This document shows, piece by piece, positions 1 through 13,381 of a DNA stretch of 64,000 nucleotides. A program made the position numbers and the translations under genes. The notes under the pieces were generated by a model, which ran no database searches, was not told the DNA's origin, and was given only the letters and a program-made list of their open reading frames with translations. Every line of letters begins with the position of its first letter. Position 1 is the first letter of the stretch. The DNA comes from Octopus vulgaris (Eukaryota): NCBI GenBank assembly GCA_951406725.2, contig OX597825.1, forward strand, positions 78,802,001 through 78,866,000. Direction: 5' to 3'.

Positions 1-857
1 CCATCATACAAGCGGTGTCCTTGTTTTCAATCCTCCATGTAACCCTGCCTGAGCATGAGAAAGTAATAACTTATTCAGAAATAGGTGAAGGTTGGTGACA
101 GAAAAGGCATCTAGCTGTAGAGACTGTTTCCACAAATTCAGTGTAACCCATATGAGCATGGAAAAGTGAACATTACAATGTTGAATATATATACATATAT
201 ACATACATATATCAGAGGCAATGACTAGTGACTGAGACCTTTGGCAATATGCTGTGCTTGTGAAGACTTGTCAAGCCAAGTGAAATCATAGTTGTGGCCG
301 ATGCTGGTGTCACATAGCTGGCACCTGTGCCGGTGGCACATAAAAAGCACCTTTCAAGCATTGGCCCTCACAGAGGCAAGGATGGCCAATGCCAGTGGCA
401 TGTGAAAAGCACCTTTCATGTGTTGGGCCTCATGGAGGTGATGACAAATGACCATGACTTTTGGCATTGTGCCATGCTTGAGAAGAAGACCCATCAAGCC
501 AAGTGAAATTGTAGTCATGTCAGCCACTGGTGTCACGCATCCAGCCATAGAAAACCATGCCAAATCAGACTGGAGTCTGGTGCAGCCTTCCAGCTTGCCA
601 GCCCTGGTCAAACCGTCATGCAGTGCTGTCATCGAATTTGATTTCGATTTCACTTGCCTCAACAGGTCTTCGCAAGCAGAGTTTAGTGTCCAATGAAGGA
701 AAGGTACGCATAAGTGGGCTGGTTACGCCACTGGCATAGGCCACGGATTATGGTCCCATTTGGCTCGCTGGGTCTTCTCATGCACAGCATATTTGCAAAG
801 GTCTCAGTCACCAGTTATTGCCTCGCTGAGGCCTAATATTAGGTACGTATGTATTCA

Positions 858-1260
858 TATTTGAAAAGAGAAAAGAAGGGCTTCGCTGGTAGTTCTAATC
901 AATATAATTTTCTGATAATATGATTTTACAGTTTGGTTTTTAGATCTATAAGTCCTTTAACCTCAGTAAGGAGATTTTTTTTAAAGATTCCTAGTTAAGT
1001 TTTCTGGAGAAATTTCTCACATTTGTCTGTGGTGATTGTCAAACTGATCTCACGTTGTGTTGGGCTGATCAGTTTGACAACCACCACTGATGAATGCAGG
1101 AAAGTTCTCCAGAAAACTTAACAAGGAATTTTTTTAAAAATCTCCCCACCAAAGTTAACAAAGAACTTACTAAATCTAAAAACTTAACTGTAAAATTATA
1201 TTATTAGAAAACTGAATTGATTAGAATGACCGGTAAAGTCCTTTTCCTTTTTCAAATATA
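858..1260. repeat. About 400-bp imperfect fold-back (inverted repeat)
   Basis: Arms ATATTTGAAAA...GTCAAACTGATC and GATCAGTTTGAC...TTTTCAAATAT pair along their length around a short loop near 1050-1066. Confidence 0.85.
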
Positions 1261-1293
1261 CCTAACTGTACAAAGAATTTCGTACATTTTCCA

Positions 1294-1325
<32 letters not shown>

Positions 1326-2029
1326 GGGTGTGTTGAAAAGTTCATGGATTTGGGTAAAAGGAAATACAAGAAGATCAGTTAATTATGGCATTATTCAAGC
1401 TGTAGAAACATTGACAGATCAGAATGGAGCCTGGTGCTTATTGTAGTGGTCCTTCAGTTTTTCTAAGCCCTGTAAAAGAACCCGGGAAGATTGGGCCTCC
1501 AACCAGGTTTTTCACAATAACCTTAAAGCCAGGAACCTTTTGGCATCCTCTCGTGTGTGTGTGTGTGTGCCCTTTTATTAAAGCCGAAAAAATCTTGACA
1601 AACTGTTACCAAGAGTTTCACATTAACTAGTCATTGGACAGTTGCGATAAATACTAAACTAAAACTGTGGTATTACAAGTAATACAGACATAACATGACA
1701 TAATACATTTCAAATGAATAAGCAATGAAATTTGATTGGGTAACTGATTTTCAAAAATGTAACGGTGTAGTTTCACTATCAGAGGGGGAGGAGTAAAACT
1801 TAACGATGAAATATAAAGATATTTAATATATAAAATCGAAGAAAAAAAAAGACCTTGTGCAAGAGTGACTGAAAATGGCAGGGAATATATCCAGAAAATA
1901 AGAAGTGACAAAAGTTACAGATTGATAATTAAAATGAATAATTAGGCTTGCAAATTGGATATTTAAAAGTTGAGAATATAATAGAAGATAAATGGAAAAC
2001 CACAAATGAGAAATTCAATAACTAATGTA

Positions 2030-2382
2030 CAATATATGTATACTTGTGTGTGTGTGTGTGTGTATAGAAATGTATGTGTGTTTATACACACACACACCCA
2101 CATCTGTACATACACACACACGTATACACATATACACACATACACACACATGCATGCACGCATACACACATGCATACATATACACACATATATACATACA
2201 TATATAGATTCACACACATGTATACATATATATATATATATAAACATACACACATATGTATATATATATATACACACGTATATATATTCATATACACATA
2301 TATATACACACATACACACGTGTATATACATGCACATATACATACACAAACAACACTCACACACATATACATACAACACTAA

Positions 2383-2421
<39 letters not shown>

Positions 2422-2425
2422 ACAC
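2030..2425. repeat. Compound (TA)/(CA)/(TG) microsatellite; similar tracts at 4125-4322, 4775-5150, 38190-38380, 40170-40730, 48825-48955, 52590-53040
   Basis: Purine-pyrimidine alternating tracts. They account for the Y/I/H/T/C/V-rich ORFs in the track. Confidence 0.97.
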
Positions 2426-2796
2426 AACGAATCTACACCGTTGTGTTTTTGAAAATCAGTCACCCAATCAAATTTCGTTGAATTGTATTGCATCACCAAG
2501 ATATGGTGGGTGCAACATAAATTCATCGGAAGGGACTTGGATTTGGCGTAGATCGGTTCAGACCATTCGCAAGTTGTTTGCAAAACGTATCGTATCGTAT
2601 TATGTAACGACTACCATCACAATTCCATTTCAGTATGATCACAACCGTCCAACCAATGGTAACATGAAACTGTGACAGTTTGTGTCACAAGATTTCAAAA
2701 AAAATTTTTGAATAAAAGCATAGTGGTACTCTACTCTACCTTCAGTATTTGAGTGCTACTTTTTTCCCACCTTGTTTTGCATTTATGTGCTTACTC

Positions 2797-2832
<36 letters not shown>

Positions 2833-3391
2833 AAGACATAAGTTTCATAAACTACAAAATATAAATATCCACACTACCACACCTGAAACGTACCTGTTAT
2901 AACACTTTATCTCGATTTGAAGGTACGTGAAGGTATTTAGAATGCCCAGACTTATTTCTGCAAATGTGCTAAGCACTGATGATGATCATAGTTTAATCAA
3001 TAAGCGTAGGAGTGATGTAACGGCAGTAAAAAATAGAGAGTGTCAGTGAGGCCCTATTTAAGTGGCCCTTCAGAAATTGAACCTCCTTACGATACTCCCT
3101 GGGAGTTCATGGTATGAAATTCATTGTCATTGCTCCAGTTTGGTCACCAATACCATACATTTAGTTTAAAATGCAGTAAAAATAGAGGAGTCAGTGAGGC
3201 CCCAATTAGGCGGCCCTTACAAAAATAGATTTCCTTAGGACATTCATTGGGATTAGGGGAGTTGCTGCATTGAGTTTCGTTGTCCTTGCACCAACGGTCT
3301 GGGAGGAGTTAACGAACTTAAGAACCAAGGACAGAGAAACATCACTAAAATTTATAATAGGATGTGTGTGTGTGTAAATATATAGATAGAT

Positions 3392-3422
<31 letters not shown>

Positions 3423-4166
3423 TAGATACAAAGCTATTTGTTTTCTAGCCACAATTCTAACAAGTGTCCTCATTCCAAATGTCCACTGAGTGGTCATGTC
3501 TCACCTATTTGATGGTTGGACTGTTCTACTAAATACCAAAGTAAGAACACAAAAATGTACTACTATTTCTACTAATGACTCGTAGTCTTCAAGTCGCAAC
3601 TGATCTTACAACAACCCATCACAAGGGACAATGAGTACAAAAGACAGACAGACAGAGGTAGGGTGGAGAGTCACAAAATATATCATTTTAACCCTTCTAT
3701 TACTATATTGAAAAATGCTCCTTTAATTATGGAAATTATGAAGAATTAATTTAGTAAAATAACTTCTCATAAACCTCGTGTTTGGAGCATATACTAAGAT
3801 GAAATTTTGTTTCAAATGATTTTAAAACAAAACGTTTGTGAAAGAGAACTACATGCAGGTTTTTATCCAAAGCTTTAAAACAAAAGAAAAATAATTATTT
3901 CTAAAGACAATATTTTTCTGGAATTTTTTTTCTTCTTTTTTTCAATAAAACACCAAACAGTAATACAAATAACTAGTTTGATGCAAACATATCGCCAACA
4001 TTTCTTTATGGGGCAACAAGATATACATACAAATAAATAGATGTGTGTGCATGTGTGTGTGTACATATTTTTTTTTTATTTTATCTAGTTTCAGCTCACG
4101 AGCTGTGGCCATGCTGGGGCACCGCCATATGTATAAACATACAAATATACATATACATACATACAA

Positions 4167-4203
<37 letters not shown>

Positions 4204-4284
4204 TGCATATATACACACACATATATATATATATATATACACATATACAGACACACAAGCACATGCACACACAAACACAAACAC

Positions 4285-4319
<35 letters not shown>

Positions 4320-4863
4320 TATAGGGCAGTATATAGAAAAGTTGTTGTTTGTGCCACAAGAAATCCGCTGAAACAAAACAGCAGTAGTACTAGTAGCCCC
4401 CAACCCGACCACCAGGATAGAAAGAAGAAACAGGCTAAATAGAGCACATACCAAAGCCACTATCATCTTTCTCTCGGCTTACCAGCAACACCAAACAACA
4501 TCAACTCAACAAAGGAGCCTCTCTGTGATTGCTCGACCTGCTAGAAACAGCAGCCAAACCTCTTTGAACATACACTAGGTCATTGAATAGTAAAATTTTT
4601 AGATTTAAAATTTTAAAAAATTTAAAAAGAAGGTAAGTGGCACAGATATGGTGAGCTTTGTTTGTAACGATGTGGTTTGGGGTTCCATGCTACTGCATGG
4701 CACTGCTATACTCTTGGGTCAACCAAAGCCTTGTGAGTGGATTTGGCAGACAGAAAATGTATGGGAGCCAGTTTTGTGTGTGTGTGGGTGGGTGGGTGTG
4801 TGTGTGTGTGTGTCTGTATACATGCTTGCAAGTGCATATATACATATGTATTGTATACATACG

Positions 4864-4910
<47 letters not shown>

Positions 4911-4913
4911 GTA

Positions 4914-4951
<38 letters not shown>

Positions 4952-6442
4952 TGCATGCATACATACAAATACATACATATATAGGAATGTATGTATACAT
5001 AAATGCAAATGTATGTTTACATGCATACGCATGTATACAAGCATACACATGTATACATGCATATGCATGTATACAAGCATACGCATATAGACATGCATAC
5101 TATGTATGCATACATATGTATGTAATACGTACATATCTATGTATGTCTTTGTATCACACCACTGTTTAACAACCAGTGTTGGTTTGTTTACGTCTCCATA
5201 ACGCAGCAGTTCAGCAAGAAGAGACTGATAGAGTAAGTGCTAAAACTTAAAAGATAAATAAGTACAGGGGCCAATTTATTTAACAAAGCCCTTCAAGGCA
5301 GTGTGCTCCAGCATGGCTACATTCCCCCTAACAGAAACATGCAGAAGATAATTACAGCTGTAAAAACCTCTTTGATCAGTAGTTTACTCATTGATGGCTG
5401 TCCTGGGGCTGAACAACAGCAAGAACATTAAGTGCATCCAACCAACGCACTCAATACCAGCACCACCACCACCACCCACACACCCGCAGAAGACAAAAAT
5501 ACTGAGGATTATCTCCAATACTTGTACAACATTCACAGAAACATGTAGCAGACACATGCAGGGGTAAAACAAGCAAAGCATACATTACTATCAAGTAGTA
5601 AACTGAGTGAAAACACAGAGACATCATCATAAATATATATATACATTCTTTTCTACTCTAGGTACAAGGCCCGAAATTTGGAAATTTGGGGGGAGGGGTG
5701 GGGGAGGCAGCCGATTAGATCGACCCCAGTAAGCAACTGGTACTTAATTTACTCACCACGAAAAGGATGAAAGGCAAAGCTGACCTCGGCAGAATTTGAA
5801 CTCAGAATAAATATAAAGACAGACGAAATATCGCTAAGCATTTCGACCAGCATGCTAACGTTTCTTATTTCTTTACTACCCACTAGGGGCTAAACATAGA
5901 GGGGACAAACAAGGACAGACAAACAGATTAAGTCGATTACATCGATCTCAGTGCATAACTGGTACTTAAATTTATCAACCGCGAAAGGATGAAAGGCCAA
6001 GCTGACCTCAGTGGTATTTGAACTCAGAACGTAAAGACAGACGAAATATCACTAAGCATTTCGCCCGGCATGCTAACGATTCTGCCAGCTTGCCTATATA
6101 TATTCATACACATGGTTTATGCCACTAGACTTTTCTTAGTACCCACTCTCTCTCTCTCTCCCTTTCAACAAATCCCAACAAACTGCATCATGATCATCAT
6201 TTTTTCCAGGCTTGCATGGGTCAGATGGAATTTGTTGAGGTATATTTTTCTACGGCTGGATGCTCTTCCTGTCACCAACCCATACTTGCTCCCAAGCAAA
6301 ACAAACGTTTCTTTAATCCTCTCAGCATGAAACACCAAGGAAATAGGTGGACAGGTTTTCATGGAAGATTGCAAATCAATGTCACCAGTTGTGTGACGGT
6401 GAAGTTTGTTTACAATTAATAATGCAATGTCAAGACATGGAC

Positions 6443-6476
<34 letters not shown>

Positions 6477-6995
6477 AACAACATCTTTCAGCTTTCATCT
6501 ACAAAATCCCTCCACAGTGCTTTGGTTGGCCCAGGACCCAAGGTGCCATGCAATAGGCCTAAACTGGAAACAATGTAGTTGAGGAGCAAATTCCTTAACA
6601 GCAAACCTGCATACACACACCCACACACACAGTCATGCACACACACAGTCATGCACACACCATCATCATTCAACATCCAAGTTCCATACCAGCAATGCAT
6701 AGGACAATTTGATAAGACCCAATGGATCTGAGGACTGTATAGTACTCCACTGTCTAGTAGGGCAGGGTTTCTACAGTTTGATGTCCTTCCTAATATCAAC
6801 CACTTCACAAAACTGAGAACTGAGTCTTTTTCTTCATGCCACCAGCTCATATATAGGTTTCTTGATCTGCCCATTCATTTTGCTGGAGCAAAAATACTTT
6901 TCTATGTCTATTTGGAAATAGATATTCTGTGGAAGAATTTTAAATAATATCACTCATTTTATTTTATATCTCATAAAAGAATTAAATAACTAAAC

Positions 6996-7272
6996 CAGTA
7001 GTTTCCAACCTGGGGTCCACAAACCCCTGATGGTCTGCAAAGGTAGCACTGGGGGTCTGTGAACAAAATTCAAAATTTCATGTGTGTGTGTATATATATA
7101 TATATAGTTAATCCAAACATGAAAACACAAAGAGAAAACAACAACGTGAGGACATGGAACAAGTATAGTATTATTGGACGCTCAGAAAAGGAAGCATAAT
7201 AAAAGGGGTCTGTAGGAAAACTCATTTAAATAAAAGGGCTGGGTACCACTGTGAAAAGGTTGGGAACCACTA
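6996..7272. mobile_element. hAT (Charlie-like) MITE
   Basis: TIRs CAGTAGTTTCCAACCT / AGGTTGGGAACCACTA, near-identical 8-bp flanks AACTAAAC / AACTAAAT. Contains a nested (TG)(TA) tract and a Penelope-like fragment. Confidence 0.7.
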
Positions 7273-8495
7273 AACTAAATTCTCAAGACAGGGTTGCTAA
7301 TGAAATTATATTTTTCCTAACTGATTAACATCATCTCTGGGGATCAATAAAAAACAAAAACAGACAAAAAAAAAAGCATCCAATATTTATATATTATATA
7401 TCTATGCCAACGCAGGACTTGATGGATAAGAGTGTTAATCCTCTTAGTTTAGAAATAAAGGGTCCTACATCAGATTTAAACCAGGTACTACATACAAATG
7501 ATGAAATTGGTTTGTTGATCTGTGACAGAATGATCACAGATGAAGAAACCAATCTAAACATTGTGCAGATGCAAATATTTAAAGAGAACCAACTCCTGTC
7601 TCATAAAAGTGGTTTAATCTTCTTCACTGAGGAAGCCTCCTCAGTAGAGGTCACCTTCAAAGGGTTAGTTAAGAAATCTTTGGCAAAAAACACAGCAATC
7701 AGTAACATGCCCAGGAAGGGAAAAAAAGCAAAAAAAGCATGCATACAGGTGTGGGCTGTGTGGTAAGAAGTTTGCTTCCCAACCACATGATTCTGGGTTC
7801 AGTCCCACTTCATGGCACCTGGGGCAAGTGTCTTCTACTATGGCCTTAGACTAATCAAAGCCTTGTAAGTGGATTTGGTAGACGGAAGCTGAAAGCCAGT
7901 GTGTGTGTATGCACGCGTGCGTGCGTGCGTGTATGTGAGAGAGAGAGAGAGATTTAAAAATAGTAATTTTCTAATTTATAGATCATTGACTAGTTGTCAC
8001 TTTGAAAACTATATTTTTTTCGAATGGTAACGCCACATGTAGCTGAACAATTATTCTGTGCTGAGGAAGGGAAATAACCTGGAAATCACGATACACAGAT
8101 ATTGTTTTGAGCTGAGTGGAGGTACTAGATTCCCTTGTTTGAAAATATAAGGATACAGATCGTATCATATAGCCAGCTGGGGACAATGACTCCTGGGGCT
8201 AAATTACAGCAACATTCGTCCTAAACCAGGACTGCCATGTTATGTGGGCAAACAATCTTTACTACAAAGTACTGTTGCTGAATATATCTTGTGAGATTTA
8301 AAAATAGTAATTTTCTAATATATATATATCTGTGTCTTTGTGTCTGTGCCCAACCCCACCATCACTGCTTGACAATAAGTGTTGGTGTGTTTATATCCCT
8401 GTAACTTAACAGTTTGGCAAAAAGAGACCAGTATATCAGTCCCAGAAGTAGAAAAAAAGAAAAAGAAATACTGGAGTTGCCTTGTTCAACTAAAC

Positions 8496-8635
8496 CAGGG
8501 ATGGGCAACCTTTCTTGAAAATCAGGTTATAGGAGTCACGGTTCATCAACAAGCAGAATGCACTACTTAGAAAAAAAAAAATCAAGGTAACTTTTGTTTC
8601 AGAAAGTCCCATGGGTCACAGTCTGCCCATGACTG
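8496..8635. mobile_element. Short hAT-like MITE inserted in a SINE tail
   Basis: CAGGGATGGGCAA / CTGCCCATGACTG termini, flanks AACTAAAC / GATTAAAC. Confidence 0.55.
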
Positions 8636-8689
8636 GATTAAACCTTTCAAGGTAGTACCCCAGCTTGGCCATAAAGCCATGATTGAAAC

Positions 8690-8984
8690 TGTTGTAAAGT
8701 GGGTTCCTCCCACTGGTGTGATGTGTGACTGCCGTTGTACTGTAGTTGCTGTTTTACGCTAGTAGCCACAAGAGTTACTAGTTATTAGATACCATTGTAT
8801 CTCTTTGAACCAAAATAGTAACGTACTAACTTATTCTGTCTTATTATCGCTGATAGCTCCACAAGACACCAACTGGAACTGTCGACTATCGACTCTCTCT
8901 TGACGACCAGCTACTAGTGTATTTATAATGGCTGGCTCCTACCACTTTTTACCGGGAGGGGGTAAACAGTTTCATTATACAACA
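8690..8984 (-). mobile_element. Solo LTR (295 bp) of an LTR retrotransposon
   Basis: Termini TGTTGTA...TACAACA, exact 5-bp TSD GAAAC on both sides (8685-8689, 8985-8989), TATAAATA on the minus strand near 8920. Inserted in a SINE tail. Confidence 0.8.
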
Positions 8985-9055
8985 GAAACAAAGTAAAAAA
9001 AGAAAAGATAAAAGACAACAAAAAAAAGAGAAAGAGAATAGTGGTGAAGCCATAC

Positions 9056-9239
9056 CTGCTGCATTTGTCTCTTTAGGAAGAGCTGCAGCTCCCTGAGTTT
9101 GCTCCACTTCCATAGATTGACAAAACGTACTGCTGACATTACTGGAAGTTTTGTCTTTTTCGTGAGGAATGATTTTGTCCGTTGACTTGCTGGATCCCGC
9201 TGTGTTACCACCTAACCTCGCTAGTCTTCTGCGACGAAT
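9056..9239 (-). CDS. UBE4B: UBE4B coding exon 2 (IRRRRLARLGGNTAGSSKSTDK...QSMEVEQ...ETNAA, 184 nt, ends in phase 1)
   Basis: Acceptor tctcttgttgcag precedes ATT CGT CGC AGA AGA CTA GCG AGG TTA; donor GCAG/GTATGG at 9055. DE-IRRRRLARL is the conserved UBE4B/UFD2 N-terminal motif. Downstream exons were not recognised within 1-9055. Confidence 0.9.
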
Positions 9240-11048
9240 CTGCAACAAGAGAAACGGTAAGCTTTAAACAATTACAACAACATTACAATAACAACTGTCA
9301 CAGAAAATCACAAGGAAGTGTTGTTCCTAACACTGGTACGATACCAAATACATTAAGCAGGAGCGTGTTGGTAGACTAAATCTATCATAATACTTGACAG
9401 CTATTATTCTATTGACTCAAAGAGGACGGAAGGACCCAGTAGGATTTGAACTCAGAACATAAAGGGAAGCATGTTCTATCATCAATCCACCACTACCCCA
9501 TCATCATCATCACTGTCGTCATCTAATGTTGATCTTCCATGCTGGCATGGAATGGATGGCTGGACAGGATCCAATGAGCCATACAAATATATATGAACCA
9601 ACAAGATAGCAACTACAGGGTCAACTGACTTACTAAAAACATCACCTATCGCTTGTTTCCGTCATTGGATTGCAGTCATGCTGGAACACTGCTTTGGAGG
9701 GTTTTAGTCAAACAAATCAATCCCAACACACACACACACACACATTTATTTATTTAAGACTGGTACTTATTCTAATGTCAAACAGCTGAGTTGAGGGAAG
9801 TAAACAAACCAACACAAGTTGTCAAGTGGGGGAGGTGCACACACACATACAACAGGCTTCTTTCAGTTTCCCTTTTACCAAATCAACTCACAAGGCTTTT
9901 GGTTGACCCAAGGCTATAGTGGAAAATATTTGCCCAAGGTATCATGCAGTAGAACAGAACCTGGAACCTTGTGGTTGAGAAATAAGCTTCTTACCACATA
10001 GCCAAGCCTACAAGGCTGGTCAGAATTCAAAAACGCCTCAGATAAGTACTACAACACTACCACCCTGTAATACCACTAGTACTACTACCATAAACATACA
10101 AACATTCATATGAACCAACAAGGAAGAGAGGATCACATGACTCACTAGAACCATCAGCTAAATCCTCTCTCAAATCATAATATTCTTTCTTAAATAAGAA
10201 GGGACACATTAGCAAGCTAGCAGAAATGCTATCCCACTGGGCAAAATGCTTAGTGGTATTTCTTCATCTGCCGTTACGTCCTGAGTTCAAATTCCGCTAA
10301 GGTCGACTTTGCCTTTCATCCTTTCGGGTCGATAAATTACGTATCAGTTACGCACTGGGGTCAATGTAATTGACTTAATCCCTTTGTCTGTCCTTGTTTG
10401 TCCCCTCTATGTTGAGCCCCTTGTGGGCAATAAAGAAATAAGAAATAAGAAGGGACAGATTGGATAATGTACTCTTAGATACACTATCCTAAAATAGGAT
10501 GGCTGAAATACTTTTGATCGTAAGTTGACTTATTCAGAGCTTACCTTGGGCTACGCAAAGAATGAAAGAAAAATAGGTATATGAGTACACACATATATAC
10601 ATACATAGAGAGGTTCTATGTAAATGCACCCGTGTCGGTGGCACATAAAAGGCACCCAGCACACTGTTAAGTGGCTGGCATCAGGAAGGGCATCCAGCTG
10701 TAGAAACCATGCCTCAACAGACAACTGGGGTCTGGACAGTTCCCTGCCAACCAGCTCCATGTCAAACCATCCAACCCATACCAGCATGGAAAGCAGACAT
10801 TAAACAATGACAGACATACATACATATTATACAAACACACACCTTATACACACATGCCCACACGCATATACACACACATGTGCATATATAAAAACAGTAG
10901 TTTCACAGTTTATTTAATCTACAGATATACACACTAGTTCGTTTAACCCTAGGTTGCCTGTCCTATTTCAACTAATTCTTGATCGAGGGCATCCCACCTA
11001 CAACCATAGTATCTTTTTATATATCCAAGACTACCATGTCCAATCTAT

Positions 11049-11459
11049 CTCTTTACTCTTTTTACTTGTTTCAGTCATTTGACTGCGGCCATGCTGGAGC
11101 ACCGCCTTTAGTCGAGCAACTCGACCCCGGGACTTATTCTTCGTAAGCCCAGTACTTATTCTATCGGTCTCTTTTGCCGAACCGCTAAGTGGCAGGGACG
11201 TAAACACACCAGCATCGGTTGTCAAGCAATGCTAGGGGGACAAACACAGGCACACAAACATATACACACAAACTTAGATATATATATACATATATACAAC
11301 AGGCTTCTTTCAGTTTCCGTCTACCAAATCCACTCACAAGGCATTGGTCGGCCCGGGGCTATAGCAGAAGACACTTTCCCAAGATGCCACGCAGTGGGAC
11401 TGAACCCGGAACCATGTGGTTGGTTAGCAAGCTACTTACCACACAGCCACTCCTGCGCC
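11049..11459 (-). mobile_element. SINE family A, full-length
   Basis: Near-identical reverse complement of 29252-29668. Confidence 0.9.
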
Positions 11460-13020
11460 TATCTTTGTTGAGTTTTTTTTTTTTTTTTTTTTTTTCAAAA
11501 CCACAGAGCGTGAGATTTGAGAATACATGACTTATTTTTCCATTTCACCAAACAGCTACAGAAACAAACTTCCTAGTCATCTCAAAATATGTCAGTGACA
11601 GTTATATAACTTCCGTGGTTACAACAGTGAAAGGAGGGTGGAGCAATAGCCATATATACACTTATGCTTACTGAAGTTAACAAAGGTTTTTACTATATAT
11701 ATACATTCACGTAAACAAGCTTTGACTTTCTGCTGTTGCTGTTGTTGTTGTTGTTGTTGTTGTTTAGAGGTGGCCATTATTAAATAAATGTTGATCTAAG
11801 TTCAAACGTGACAGCTTCAGAACGAAGTCAATAACCTTTGAGAAAAACAAAGCCTGAACTTCTGGAATCCACTAAATCTAAATGTTATGGATTTGTTAAT
11901 GCAGTAAACAAACAAGCATAGGTGCGGGCATGGTTGTGAGGCTAAGAAGATCACTTTGCAACCTTGTGATTTCAGGATCAGTTTCACTGCACAGCACCTT
12001 CAGCAAGTGTCTTCTACAAAAGCCCCGGGTTGACCAGTGCCTTGTGAGTGACTCTTGTAGATGGAAACTATGTAGAAGCTCATCATACACCATATAAGAG
12101 TGTGTGTGCACATCTGTGCACATCTTTGTGTGCATCTGTGCATGCATCTATGCTTGTCCTCCTCCCCACCTCTTGACCAGTGTTAGTTTGTTTATGTCCC
12201 TGTAACTTAACGATTAAGTGGAAGAGACTACTAGAATAAATATCTCTCTCTCTCTTTTACTCTTACTTGTTTCAGTCATTTGACTGTGGCCATGCTGGAG
12301 CACCACCTTCAGTTGAGCAAATCGACCCCAGGACTTATTCTTTGTAAGCCTAGTACTTATTCTATCGATCTCTTTTGCCAAGCCGCTAAGTTATGGGGGC
12401 GTAAACACACCAACATCAGTTGTCAAGCAATGTTGGGGGGACAAACACAGACACACAAACATATACACACACGTACATATATATATATATATATACACGA
12501 CAGGCTTCTTTCAGTTTTCATCTACCAAATCCACTCACAAGGCTTTGGTGCCACGCAATGGGACTGAACCCAGAACCATGTGGTGTCTTTTTTAAGACAC
12601 ACTGGATAATATAATCCAAGAACCAATGTACAAAAAAAAACAGAATGGTCAAGAATGGAATACTATTTCACTGAGGGTTGATATGGGGTTACCTACACAT
12701 TTACCCATCTTCTGTAGTCAGAAATATTATGCTAACCTAAACAGCTGGAAAAGCACACAAGTTTTCTCTCCAGACATTGAGTGACAACAAGTTCAAGTTG
12801 GACCTTAGCAGTATTAATTGTCAGTCTGGAGCAACTGTCTCTCTTCCTTGAATTACACACAATAAAGATGAGACAGCATTGGCATGACTGCATAGTTAAG
12901 AAGTTCACTTCCTAACCACTTGGTTTTGGGTTCAGTCCCACTGCATGGAACCTTGGGTGTCTTCTTGTATATAGTCCCAGGCTAACCAATGCTTTGCGAG
13001 TGCATTTTATTGATGGAAAC

Positions 13021-13381
13021 TTAGTTAGTTAGTTAATTTTTTGGCTCAAAAAGCAAAAAGCAAGGCCATGTAGGGGGACATGGAGTTAAGTACAGGGTGG
13101 TGTTCATGTAAAGAGTTCAGGCCACTTGTGGTCAAGGGAGACTTTGAACCGAGCGGTCGTCGGCATCTTCACTATCTCGTCCGGAAGCTTATTCCATGGA
13201 ACCGCAACCCGGACGGAGAAAGCCCCTCTCCTTCGATTGAGATGAAATCGTCGCAGATAGAGCTTTTCGGAGTGACCCCGCAGCCGACGTTCTGGAGCAG
13301 GAGTGAAGAACAGCTCTTTCGCGAGGTTACACCTTCCGCTTATGATGTTGTGAGCAAGAATGAGATCACCACGGTGTCGAA
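13021..13381 (-). mobile_element. CR1-clade LINE, 5'-truncated 3' end
   Basis: Open frame RGDLI...RGHSEKL...FSVRVAVPWNKLP...FKVSLD is the typical CR1 ORF2 C-terminus, with a (TAAC)n tail. It splits a host SINE between GGAAAC and AAGAAGC. Confidence 0.85.

Noticed and set aside
1963-2675. Long Y/I/H/T/C/V-rich ORFs here and at 3.9-5.2, 38.1-38.6, 40.0-40.8 and 52.4-53.2 kb
   Set aside because: Translations of (TA)/(CA)/(TG) microsatellites, open in several frames on both strands.
2832-3363. Possible non-autonomous Helitron/Helentron with an internal direct repeat (3023 and 3173)
   Set aside because: Ends are suggestive (…TTTATAATAGGAT next to microsatellites), but diagnostic termini and the 3' hairpin could not be established by eye.
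5388-5520. Possible UBE4B exon 3 (AAG acceptor, GTAAAC donor, open in the phase-1 frame: VLEIILSIFVFCGCVGGGGGAGIEC...)
   Set aside because: Weak splice sites and a hydrophobic peptide unlike the Ser/acidic UBE4B N-terminus. It needs RNA-seq junction evidence before being called.
7404-7766. 120-aa plus-strand ORF
   Set aside because: No recognisable motif, antisense within a UBE4B intron, and ends inside a SINE head.
11219-11530. Recurrent ORFs such as RQASFSFRLPNPLTRHW and FLQLDALPNANH
   Set aside because: Antisense translations of SINE families A and C, not genes.
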